64,000 nt of DNA from Acidimicrobiales bacterium. Lineage in GTDB: Bacteria; Actinomycetota; Acidimicrobiia; Acidimicrobiales; Bog-793. The first letter of the stretch is position 1. Each line of letters begins with the position of its first letter. Below the pieces are notes generated by a model. It saw only the letters and a program-made list of their open reading frames with translations, was not told the DNA's origin and did no database searches. This document shows positions 49,150-64,000 of this stretch, one piece after another. The stretch covers positions 5,091-69,090 of the forward strand of contig JBEKLQ010000001.1 of NCBI GenBank assembly GCA_050010115.1, in the 5' to 3' direction. The position numbers were made by a program, and so were the translations under genes.

Positions 49150-49905
49150 GTGAGTGACGAGACCACCTACCTTGACGACGCCTCCGCGGAAGCTGCCCCG
49201 GAGGATGTTGACGCGCCGGACGCCGAGGCGTCCGCCGACGCTGCCGAGGCTGTTGCCGAGCCTGCTGCCGAGCCTGCTGCCGAGGAGGTTGCAGAGCTCT
49301 TCGCCGGCGCCGACGGCGGGGACGAGGAGGAGGAGCCTCGTGAGCGTCCGCCGAGCCCGTACGACCGGCCCGGCCGGTGGTACGTCGTGCACACCTACGC
49401 CGGCTACGAGAACAAGGTGAAGTCCAACCTCGAGAGCCGCATCTCCTCCATGAACATGGAGGAGCGCATCTACGAGGTCGTGATCCCGATGGAAGAGGTC
49501 ATCGAGGTCAAGAATGGCAAGCGGGTGCCGGTCCAGCGCAAAGTCTTCCCCGGCTACCTCCTCTGCCGCTGCGAGCTCGACGACGATTCGTGGTCGGTCA
49601 TCCGCCAGACGCCGGGTGTGACGAGTTTCGTCGGCCCCGGCACGAAACCCACCCCGCTTCCCCGTGGGGAGATCGAAGCGATCCTGCAGGTGCGGCCCGA
49701 GGGCGCCGAGGGCCAGAAGCGGCCGAAGGCTCGCCTGGAGCACGAAGTGGGAGAGACCGTTCGCGTGAAGGAGGGGCCGTTCGCGGACTTCTCCGGCCAG
49801 ATCGCGGAGATCAACGAGGACCAGCTGAAGCTGAAGGTCCTGGTCAACATCTTCGGCCGGGAGACCCCGGTCGAGCTCGAATTCAGTCAGGTCGCCAAGC
49901 TCTAG
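49150..49905 (+). CDS. nusG: Transcription termination/antitermination factor NusG with acidic N-terminal extension
   Basis: [50 protein letters not shown]...[52 protein letters not shown]. Confidence 0.95.
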   Translation: MSDETTYLDDASAEAAPEDVDAPDAEASADAAEAVAEPAAEPAAEEVAELFAGADGGDEEEEPRERPPSPYDRPGRWYVVHTYAGYENKVKSNLESRISSMNMEERIYEVVIPMEEVIEVKNGKRVPVQRKVFPGYLLCRCELDDDSWSVIRQTPGVTSFVGPGTKPTPLPRGEIEAILQVRPEGAEGQKRPKARLEHEVGETVRVKEGPFADFSGQIAEINEDQLKLKVLVNIFGRETPVELEFSQVAKL

Positions 49906-49953
49906 GCCGTCGGCCGCTGAGCGCAGGCACAACAAGGAGAGAGACGCACCACC

Positions 49954-50379
49954 ATGGCACGTCGCCGCGTCACCGCTGTAGTGAAGATCCAGTTGCCCGC
50001 CGGGGCGGCCACTCCCGCGCCCCCGGTCGGAACGGCGCTCGGTCCACACGGCGTGCAGACGATGGAGTTCTGCAAGCAGTACAACGCCGCCACGGAGAAC
50101 CAGCGCGGGACGATCATCCCCGTCGAGATCACGATCTACGAGGACCGGTCGTTCACCTTCGTGCTGAAGACCCCTCCGACGACCGTGTTGTTGCGGGAGG
50201 CGGCTGGCGTCGAGAAGGGCGCCCAGCTGGTCGGGCGGGAGATCGCCGGAACGGTCACCGACTCCCAGCTCACCGAGATCGCAGAGAAGAAGATGCCCGA
50301 CCTGAACGCGAACGACCTCGAGGCGGCTAAGCGCCAGGTCGCGGGTACCGCCCGGTCGATGGGCATCTCGGTCGCCTGA
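49954..50379 (+). CDS. rplK: 50S ribosomal protein L11
   Basis: [72 protein letters not shown]. Confidence 0.97.
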   Translation: MARRRVTAVVKIQLPAGAATPAPPVGTALGPHGVQTMEFCKQYNAATENQRGTIIPVEITIYEDRSFTFVLKTPPTTVLLREAAGVEKGAQLVGREIAGTVTDSQLTEIAEKKMPDLNANDLEAAKRQVAGTARSMGISVA

Positions 50380-50413
50380 CGCGCGGACGACTGAGCACCG
50401 AAAGGGATATGAC

Positions 50414-51136
50414 GTGAGCAACGGAAAGCGATACACCGACCTGCTGAAGCGGTTTGACCGCCAGCGCCTGTACTCGCCGCTCGAGGCCATCGACCTCGTG
50501 AAAAGCCTTGCGGTTGCCAAGTTCGACGAGACGATCGAGATGGCCGTGCGCCTCGGGGTCGACCCTCGCCGTGCCGACCAGATCGTCCGAGGGTCGCTGG
50601 CACTGCCGGCCGGCACCGGCCGGACCAAGCGCGTCGCCGTCTTCGCCGCGGGTGAGGCTGCCGACGAGGCTCGTGCCGCCGGCGCCGACGTCGTGGGCTC
50701 AGACGACTTGGTGGCGAGGATCGAGAAGGAAGGGTTTCTCGAGTTCGACGTCGCAATCGCCACTCCCGACCTCATGGCGCAGGTCGGCCGGCTCGGGCGC
50801 GTCCTCGGGCCCCGAGGGTTGATGCCCAACCCGAAGACCGGCACCGTCACCACCGACGTCGCTCGGGCCGTGAGCGAATTCCGGGGCGGCCGCGTCGAGT
50901 ACCGCACCGACCGTGTGGGCAACATCCACGTGCCGATCGGGAAGGCATCCTTCGAGCGCGAGCAGCTGATCGAGAACTTCCGTGCCGTCGTCGACGAGCT
51001 GCTCCGTGTGAAGCCAGCCGCTGCGAAGGGGCGCTACATCCGTTCGGTCACGCTGAGCTCCACCCAGGGACCGGGCGTCCATATGGACCCGACGCGGGTG
51101 CGCATCACCGACGAGGAGCTCGCCGCAACCGCTTGA
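50414..51136 (+). CDS. rplA: 50S ribosomal protein L1
   Basis: FDETIEMAVRLGVDPRRADQIVRGSLALPAGTGRTKRVAVFA...GRVLGPRGLMPNPKTGTVT. Confidence 0.97.
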   Translation: MSNGKRYTDLLKRFDRQRLYSPLEAIDLVKSLAVAKFDETIEMAVRLGVDPRRADQIVRGSLALPAGTGRTKRVAVFAAGEAADEARAAGADVVGSDDLVARIEKEGFLEFDVAIATPDLMAQVGRLGRVLGPRGLMPNPKTGTVTTDVARAVSEFRGGRVEYRTDRVGNIHVPIGKASFEREQLIENFRAVVDELLRVKPAAAKGRYIRSVTLSSTQGPGVHMDPTRVRITDEELAATA

Positions 51137-51186
51137 GCGCTTCGCTCGTAGCGCGGGCGGTTGGAGGGCTGCGCTGGGCCAGCTGG

Positions 51187-51237
51187 CTGGGCGATTGGGC
51201 GTTGGGCGTTCGGCGTTGGGCGTTGGGCGTTGGGCGG
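51187..51237. repeat. Intergenic heptamer tandem repeat (GTTGGGC)n, about 6-7 imperfect units
   Basis: gctgggcgattgggcgttgggcgttcggcgttgggcgttgggcgttgggcg. Confidence 0.9.
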
Positions 51238-51349
51238 GAGAGCCGGGCATAATGTCAATTCCGAGAGTTGCCACTTAGCAATAAGTAAGAAGTTTCGAAA
51301 TTAGATGTACCCACCGCCCGGAAGAGCGAATTCGTCGCCGGCGAGACGG

Positions 51350-51580
51350 TTACGCCTGCCGCAGGCCTGATAGGCGATGTCGCCCGTGCAGAGGCCTCCT
51401 TGCCGTCGGCTACGATGTCTCCTCACAACTGACCAAGTCGCCAGAGACATCCGGTGCACCACGGTGCTCAAAGGGCTTCGGCCCGCCCGACGAGGCGAAG
51501 TCGTAAGGCTTCCTTTCGTCCGCGCCGTGCAGCACCCGAGTTGACGACCGGGTCGCACAGATCGCAAGTTACGAAGACGA
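51350..51580 (+). promoter_or_regulatory. Probable L10 leader (autoregulatory 5' UTR of rplJL), approximate bounds
   Basis: Long non-coding gap (51137-51594) before rplJ containing structured GC-rich text such as CGCCTGCCGCAGGCCTGAT...GGTGCACCACGGTGCTCAAAGGGCTTCGGCCCG. Position is diagnostic; no covariance model was run. Confidence 0.45.
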
Positions 51581-51594
51581 CGAAGGGAGTGCAG

Positions 51595-52599
51595 GTGGCT
51601 GGCCCAAGAGCCGAAAAGATCGCCGTGGTCGAGGAGGTCCGAGGCCACCTCGAGCAGGCGGACGCCGCCATCCTCACCGAGTACCGGGGCCTCAAGGTCA
51701 CCGATCTTTCCACGCTGCGCCGAGCGCTGCGCGCCGCCGGTGCGGACTACAAGATCTACAAGAACACCCTGGTCAAGCGTGCTACTGCCGACACTCGCCA
51801 CGCCGTGATCGGCACGCTGCTCGAGGGTCCCACCGCGATCGCCTTCGTGGAGCACGACGTAGCGGCGGCGGCGAAGGTCCTGCGGGAGTTCGCCAAGACG
51901 CACCCGGCGCTTGTAGTGAAGGGGAGTTTCATCGGCTCGGGCCTCCTCGACGCTCGGACGACCAACGCCCTCGCCGACCTTCCGTCCCGTGAGGTGCTGC
52001 TCGCTCAGATCGCCGGAGCGCTGGCCGCACCGTTGCGCCAGTTCGCCAGCTTGCTGAAGGCGCTTCCGCAGAACCTCGCCTACGGGCTCTCGGCGCTCAT
52101 CGACCAGCGGGTGGCTGGCGGGGAGCTTCTGCCCGCCGTCGCCGACGTCGCCCCAGCCGCCGACGTCGCCCCAGCCGCCGACGTCGCCCCAGCCGCCGAC
52201 GTCGCCCCAGCCGCCGACGTCGCCCCAGCCGCCGACGTCGCCCCAGCCGAGCAAGCTGCACCAGCTGAGGTCGCCGCAGAGGAGGCACCCGCCGAGGAAG
52301 CCGCACCAGCTGAGGCTGCAGCGGAGGCACCGGCGGAGGCCGGGGCTGCAGCCGCCGACGAGGCAGCGCCGGCTGAGGCTGCCGTCGTCGAAGGGCGGAC
52401 GGATGAGGCCGCGGCCGATGTGAGCGCCTCCGGGGACGCTGATGATGCGGAGGGCGAGGTTTCGAGCCCCGAAGCATCATCGGAGGCCTCGGCTGCCGCC
52501 GAGGCGGAGGGCGAGGTTTCGAGCCCGGAGGCATTATCAGTGGCCCCGCCAGCCGGCGATGCCGAAGAGAGCGACACCACTGACGAGAGCGCCGAGTAG
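51595..52599 (+). CDS. rplJ: 50S ribosomal protein L10 with long Ala/Glu/Pro-rich C-terminal extension
   Basis: AGPRAEKIAVVEEVRGHLEQADAAILTEYRGLKVTDLSTLRRALRAAGADYKIYKNTLVKRA...ALAAPLRQFASLLKALPQNLAYGLSALIDQR then about 150 aa low-complexity tail. Start at GTG 51595 preferred (GGGAG upstream). Confidence 0.93.
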   Translation: MAGPRAEKIAVVEEVRGHLEQADAAILTEYRGLKVTDLSTLRRALRAAGADYKIYKNTLVKRATADTRHAVIGTLLEGPTAIAFVEHDVAAAAKVLREFAKTHPALVVKGSFIGSGLLDARTTNALADLPSREVLLAQIAGALAAPLRQFASLLKALPQNLAYGLSALIDQRVAGGELLPAVADVAPAADVAPAADVAPAADVAPAADVAPAADVAPAEQAAPAEVAAEEAPAEEAAPAEAAAEAPAEAGAAAADEAAPAEAAVVEGRTDEAAADVSASGDADDAEGEVSSPEASSEASAAAEAEGEVSSPEALSVAPPAGDAEESDTTDESAE

Positions 52600-52651
52600 C
52601 GCTCCGTCTTGATCTGACGACCCACTAGCAGGAAACGACAGGGAGCAACTG

Positions 52652-53032
52652 ATGGCAACCAAGGAAGAGATCCTCGACGGCATCGCCAGCATGACCGTCC
52701 TCGAGCTGAGCGAGCTCCTGAAGGAGTTCGAGGAGCGTTTTGGCGTTACGGCCGCCGCCCCGGTCGCCGTTGCGGCTGCCCCTGCCGGCGCCGGCGAGGC
52801 CGCTCCGGTCGAGGAAGAGCAGGACGAGTTCGACGTCATCCTCACGGCCGCCGGCGACAAGAAGATCCAGGTCATCAAGGAGGTCCGTTCGCTCACGAAC
52901 CTCGGCCTCAAGGAGGCCAAGGACCTGGTCGACGGCGCGCCGAAGCCCGTGCTCGAGAAGGTGACGAAGGAAGACGCCGAGAAGGCCAAGGCCCAGCTCG
53001 AGACCGCCGGCGCCTCCGTCGAGCTCAAGTAG
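52652..53032 (+). CDS. rplL: 50S ribosomal protein L7/L12
   Basis: [29 protein letters not shown]...[68 protein letters not shown]. Confidence 0.97.
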   Translation: MATKEEILDGIASMTVLELSELLKEFEERFGVTAAAPVAVAAAPAGAGEAAPVEEEQDEFDVILTAAGDKKIQVIKEVRSLTNLGLKEAKDLVDGAPKPVLEKVTKEDAEKAKAQLETAGASVELK

Positions 53033-53043
53033 TCAGGGGCGGG

Positions 53044-53067
53044 GGGCGCCGGGCTTGCCCGGCGCCC
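53044..53067 (+). promoter_or_regulatory. Strong GC hairpin in rplL-rpoB gap (candidate attenuator or processing site)
   Basis: GGGCGCCGGGC-TT-GCCCGGCGCCC, perfect 11-bp inverted repeat directly after the rplL stop, no T-tract. Confidence 0.5.
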
Positions 53068-53298
53068 GATCGCCCGATCCGGTGGCGGAGGGATTATCCC
53101 TTGACGCCGGGCGGCGCTTCCCGTACCCTTCCCCGGGGCAAGTTGCCCGGGTGTTGCTCGCGCGTCCTGACGCGAGTATGCTGTTCTGTTGCCGTGCCCT
53201 CCCCGCGCTTGATTGCAATCTCCTGTCTACCTTGACGCGCGCCCGGGCACGGACCGTCCCGAGTTCCCGGTCGTCTCGTTTTCGCGAGGAGTAGAGCC

Positions 53299-56877
<3,579 letters not shown>

Positions 56878-56878
56878 G

Positions 56879-60997
<4,119 letters not shown>

Positions 60998-61066
60998 CTT
61001 TCTTTGTAGCGCCCACGCGGGGCGTCGGTGCTCCGGGCTCGAAACCTAACCCGGTTCACCGCCGCC

Positions 61067-61101
61067 CCGCGTGCCGCGTGCCGCGTGCCGCGTGCCGCGT
61101 A
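61067..61101. repeat. Intergenic heptamer tandem repeat (CCGCGTG)4 plus CCGCGTA
   Basis: ccgcgtgccgcgtgccgcgtgccgcgtgccgcgta read directly. Confidence 0.9.
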
Positions 61102-61170
61102 CGGGGCGGCGCCGGCGCCGGCGCTGGCGCCGGCGCCGTTTGGCTCGTGACGCACGGCGACGGAAGCAGA

Positions 61171-61223
61171 CTGGGTGCACAGCGTGTCGTAAACGAGCCC
61201 GTTACAACACGCTGTGCACCCAG
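61171..61223. terminator. Long inverted repeat downstream of rpoC (candidate factor-independent terminator without T-tract, or protein-binding palindrome)
   Basis: CTGGGTGCACAGCGTGT (61171-61187) / ACACGCTGTGCACCCAG (61207-61223), 17-bp perfect arms; inner bases also nearly complementary. Confidence 0.5.
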
Positions 61224-61289
61224 ACGGCGTTGAGGGCAGGTGCGCCGCTCGGATCGGGGGCGTAGTCAGAGACGCTCGGATGCTCTAGG

Positions 61290-62144
61290 TTGGCATCGGT
61301 GACCGAGAGCCCGACCGGCGACGTGGCGTCAGCGGCTGTCGCCGGCACACCAGCCCCTTCGACACCAGCCCCTTCGACACCAGCCCCTTCGACACCAGCT
61401 CCTCTCGTGCCGACGGCGGACCCTCCGGTGCCAGCGGCACACGCGTTCCCAGCCGGAGCCGACGCCCCGTTTCCGGCCGTGCCTGCTAAGGCACCCGTGC
61501 CTGCTAAGGCACCCGCGCCTGCCTCCGCACCCATGGTGGCCCAGCCGGCCGACCCGCAGCAGCTGCTCAGGGTGTCCGACTCCGAGCGCGAGCACGTGGT
61601 CACGTTGTTGACCGACGCCTGCGCCGAAGGGCGGCTGACCCTCGAGGAGATGGGTGCCCGCGTGGGCTCGGCCTACAACGCCGTGACCCGGGCGGATCTC
61701 GTGCCGCTCACCGTGGACCTGCCGGTGGGGTCGATGGCGCCGGCACAGGCGCCGGTGCCGGCGGCGGCGCCGGCGGCGGCGGATCTCGTGTACGGCAAAC
61801 CGCCTCGCAAGCACAAGAAGTGGCTGGTCACGGTGATGGGGGAGCTGAAGCGCGGCGTCCCCCGCCTCGAGGAGCACACAGTCGTCGTGACGGTGATGGG
61901 GGAGTCCAAGCTCGACCTCCGTCGGGCGCTCATCGATAGCCCCCACATCGAGCTGCACACGTACCTGCTCATGGGCGAGCAGCAGATCGTGGTGCCCGAG
62001 GGCGTGGAGGTCGACGTGACCGGCTTTGTGTTCATGGGCGAGAAACGCGTCGATGTCGCCGACATCCGCCCTCGCCCCGGCGTACCTCGCCTGCACATCC
62101 GAGTGATCGGGATGATGGGCGAGATCAAGATCCGTACCGGGTGA
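61290..62144 (+). CDS. DUF1707 (SHOCT-like) domain protein with LiaF-like C-terminal region and Ala/Pro repeat N-terminus
   Basis: LLRVSDSEREHVVTLLTDACAEGRLTLEEMGARVGSAYNAVTRADLVPLTVDLP; KKWLVTVMGELKRGVPRLEEHTVVVTVMGESKLDLRRALIDSPHIELHTYLLMGEQQIVVPEGVEVDVTGFVFMGEKRV. Confidence 0.8.
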   Translation: MASVTESPTGDVASAAVAGTPAPSTPAPSTPAPSTPAPLVPTADPPVPAAHAFPAGADAPFPAVPAKAPVPAKAPAPASAPMVAQPADPQQLLRVSDSEREHVVTLLTDACAEGRLTLEEMGARVGSAYNAVTRADLVPLTVDLPVGSMAPAQAPVPAAAPAAADLVYGKPPRKHKKWLVTVMGELKRGVPRLEEHTVVVTVMGESKLDLRRALIDSPHIELHTYLLMGEQQIVVPEGVEVDVTGFVFMGEKRVDVADIRPRPGVPRLHIRVIGMMGEIKIRTG

Positions 62145-62278
62145 TTACAGGCTCGCGCCCCGGTCATGTGAAGTCGGTGTGGGCCGGGCGTTCCCGATCC
62201 GTCCGTTCGGTCCGCACCGGCCACCCCCGCACCCGTCCACGCGCCGGCCCGGGCGTCCGTGTGGCAAGCCCCAGCGCC

Positions 62279-62325
62279 GGCCTTCTATCCGGCCTTCTAT
62301 CCGGCCTTCTATCCGGCCTTCAGTG
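62279..62325. repeat. 12-bp tandem repeat (CCTTCTATCCGG)3 plus partial fourth
   Basis: ccttctatccggccttctatccggccttctatccggccttc read directly. Confidence 0.9.
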
Positions 62326-62340
62326 TCGCCCAAGCGGTGC

Positions 62341-62385
62341 CGCTGTCACCGTTGGTTTGCACAGTGCAAAGTTGCCGTGACAGCG
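62341..62385. repeat. Dispersed palindromic element sharing its core with the 73-bp array at 7501
   Basis: CGCTGTCAC...TTTGCAC-A-GTGCAAA...GTGACAGCG (9-bp outer stem, 7-bp inner stem); shares GTTTGCACAGTGCA and GTGACAGCG with the array unit. Confidence 0.8.
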
Positions 62386-62499
62386 ACGTGCCCGACCACG
62401 GCTGCCGGCGGCGACGATGCCGGCGCCGCTGCCGGCGACGGCCCGCCGGCTTGGCGGCCGTACCACCCGGCATTTGGGTAATCGGCCAGTCGGAGTGCC

Positions 62500-62531
62500 C
62501 CAGGGCCGGTGATATAGTCATATTGCCCTGG
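62500..62531 (+). promoter_or_regulatory. Candidate promoter -10 (TATAGT) flanked by 7-bp inverted repeat upstream of rpsL
   Basis: CCAGGGC-cggtgaTATAGTcatatt-GCCCTGG; arms at 62500-62506 and 62525-62531. Confidence 0.3.
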
Positions 62532-62590
62532 CGGGGCAGGTGTTTCGCGCCCCCGCACCCAACCGGCGATCAGACTTCAAGAGGATTCGC

Positions 62591-62962
62591 GTGCCCACAA
62601 TCGCCCAGCTCGTCCGCAGCGGCCGAGAGACTCCGAGGACGAAGACCAAGACACCCGCGCTCAAAGGCGCCCCGCAACGCCGGGGCGTGTGCACGCGTGT
62701 CTACACGACGACTCCGAAGAAGCCGAACTCGGCGCTTCGCAAGGTCGCCCGTGTCCGCCTCACGAGTGGGGTCGAGGTCACGGCGTTCATCCCTGGGGTC
62801 GGGCACAACCTCCAGGAGCACTCGATCGTGCTCGTGCGCGGCGGCCGCGTGAAGGACCTCCCGGGCGTGCGCTACAAGATCGTTCGCGGGACGCTCGATA
62901 CCTCCGGCGTACGTGACCGTGCTCAGGCCCGCAGCCGTTACGGAACGAAGAAGGAGTCCTGA
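62591..62962 (+). CDS. rpsL: 30S ribosomal protein S12
   Basis: [99 protein letters not shown]. Confidence 0.98.
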   Translation: MPTIAQLVRSGRETPRTKTKTPALKGAPQRRGVCTRVYTTTPKKPNSALRKVARVRLTSGVEVTAFIPGVGHNLQEHSIVLVRGGRVKDLPGVRYKIVRGTLDTSGVRDRAQARSRYGTKKES

Positions 62963-62963
62963 G

Positions 62964-63434
62964 TTGCCCCGCAACGGCCCCCCACCGCGTCGTGAGCTTG
63001 TACCGGACCCTGTCTACCGGTCCGTGCTCGTCACCCAGCTCGTCAACAAGATCCTGTCCCGCGGCAAGCGCTCACTTGCCGAGCGAATCGTCTACGAGGC
63101 GCTCGAGGTGGTCAAGGAGAAGACGGCTGCCGACCCGATCCAGGCACTGAAGCGGGCGCTCGACAACACCCGGCCGGACCTCGAGGTGAAGAGCCGGCGA
63201 GTGGGCGGTGCGACGTACCAGGTCCCAGTCGAGGTGAGGCCTCGGCGGGCAACCACGCTCTCGATCCGCTGGCTCGTGACCTACGCTGCCCAGAGGCGTG
63301 AGCGCACGATGGCGCTCAAGCTCGCCAACGAGATCCTCGATGCATCCAATGGCATCGGTGCAGCCGTGAAACGCAAAGAGGACATGCACAAGATGGCCGA
63401 GTCGAACAAGGCGTTCGCGCACTACCGCTGGTAG
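62964..63434 (+). CDS. rpsG: 30S ribosomal protein S7
   Basis: TTG start in frame with ORF 62913..63434; [82 protein letters not shown]. Confidence 0.96.
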   Translation: MPRNGPPPRRELVPDPVYRSVLVTQLVNKILSRGKRSLAERIVYEALEVVKEKTAADPIQALKRALDNTRPDLEVKSRRVGGATYQVPVEVRPRRATTLSIRWLVTYAAQRRERTMALKLANEILDASNGIGAAVKRKEDMHKMAESNKAFAHYRW

Positions 63435-63569
63435 GACCGGTCCTGGCGGCCGGCTGACCCGGCGGCTACCACGACGTCTCGGGGCCTGACGGGACCCGAG
63501 CCTCACGACCTATCGCGGCCGCACCACGACCAACAGCTGCCGACACAGGCAAGAGAAGACACGATCGAC

Positions 63570-64000
63570 ATGGCAACAACTTCAATCCGCGAATTCCCGC
63601 TCGCCAGGACCCGGAACATCGGGATCATGGCTCACATCGACGCGGGCAAGACCACGACGACCGAGCGGATCTTGTACTACACGGGTCGCAACTACAAGAT
63701 GGGCGAGGTTCACGAGGGCGGCGCCACGATGGACTGGATGATCCAGGAGCAGGAGCGCGGCATCACGATCACCTCGGCTGCGACGACGTGCCGTTGGAAG
63801 AACACCTGGATCAACATCATCGACACCCCGGGCCATGTCGACTTCACCGTCGAGGTCGAGCGGTCGCTGCGGGTGCTCGACGGGGCCGTCGCGGTCTTCG
63901 ACGCCGTGGCCGGCGTTGAGCCGCAGACCGAAACCGTGTGGCGGCAGGCGAACAAGTACCACGTGCCGCGCATCTGCTTCATCAACAAGATGGACCGCGT
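63570..64000 (+). CDS. fusA: Elongation factor G, 5' portion (continues beyond window)
   Basis: [92 protein letters not shown]... Confidence 0.97.
   Translation, partial: MATTSIREFPLARTRNIGIMAHIDAGKTTTTERILYYTGRNYKMGEVHEGGATMDWMIQEQERGITITSAATTCRWKNTWINIIDTPGHVDFTVEVERSLRVLDGAVAVFDAVAGVEPQTETVWRQANKYHVPRICFINKMDR

Overview
High-GC (actinobacterial; Acidimicrobiia-like is inference only) chromosomal core region, densely coded and mostly on the + strand. In order: 3' end of an AMP-binding (acyl-CoA ligase type) gene; rex-hemA-hemC-cobA/hemD-hemB-hemL; a 73-bp tandem repeat array; a minus-strand sensor kinase, response regulator and small secreted protein; an SNF2 helicase + SWIM zinc-finger pair; a geranylgeranyl-reductase-family oxidoreductase (-); a secreted 14-repeat cysteine-motif protein; a complete nuoA-N operon; a large minus-strand protein joining a degenerate phosphoesterase-like domain, a membrane region and a DUF2156 domain; acetyl-CoA synthetase; YajQ; tRNA-Tyr; cupin; YfhO-like and MptB-like membrane proteins; enoyl-CoA hydratase; GNAT; then tRNA-Thr, tRNA-Met, rpmG, an ECF sigma/anti-sigma pair, tRNA-Trp, secE, nusG, rplK, rplA, rplJ, rplL, rpoB, rpoC; a DUF1707 protein; rpsL, rpsG and the 5' end of fusA. 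I see no CRISPR array, transposase, phage, toxin or recognisable defence locus. The least ordinary signals are: (1) in-frame tandem-repeat (minisatellite-like) expansions in several housekeeping genes (hemC, nuoG twice, rplJ, ECF sigma, reductase, DUF1707 gene), including a ribosomal protein L10 with a C-terminal acidic tail of about 150 aa; (2) a 73-bp tandem array whose palindromic core recurs upstream of rpsL; (3) a phosphoesterase-like domain that appears to have lost its metal ligands, fused to DUF2156; (4) an anti-sigma gene whose stop codon lies inside tRNA-Trp; (5) the 14-repeat secreted protein. None of these is demonstrated to be a new system.
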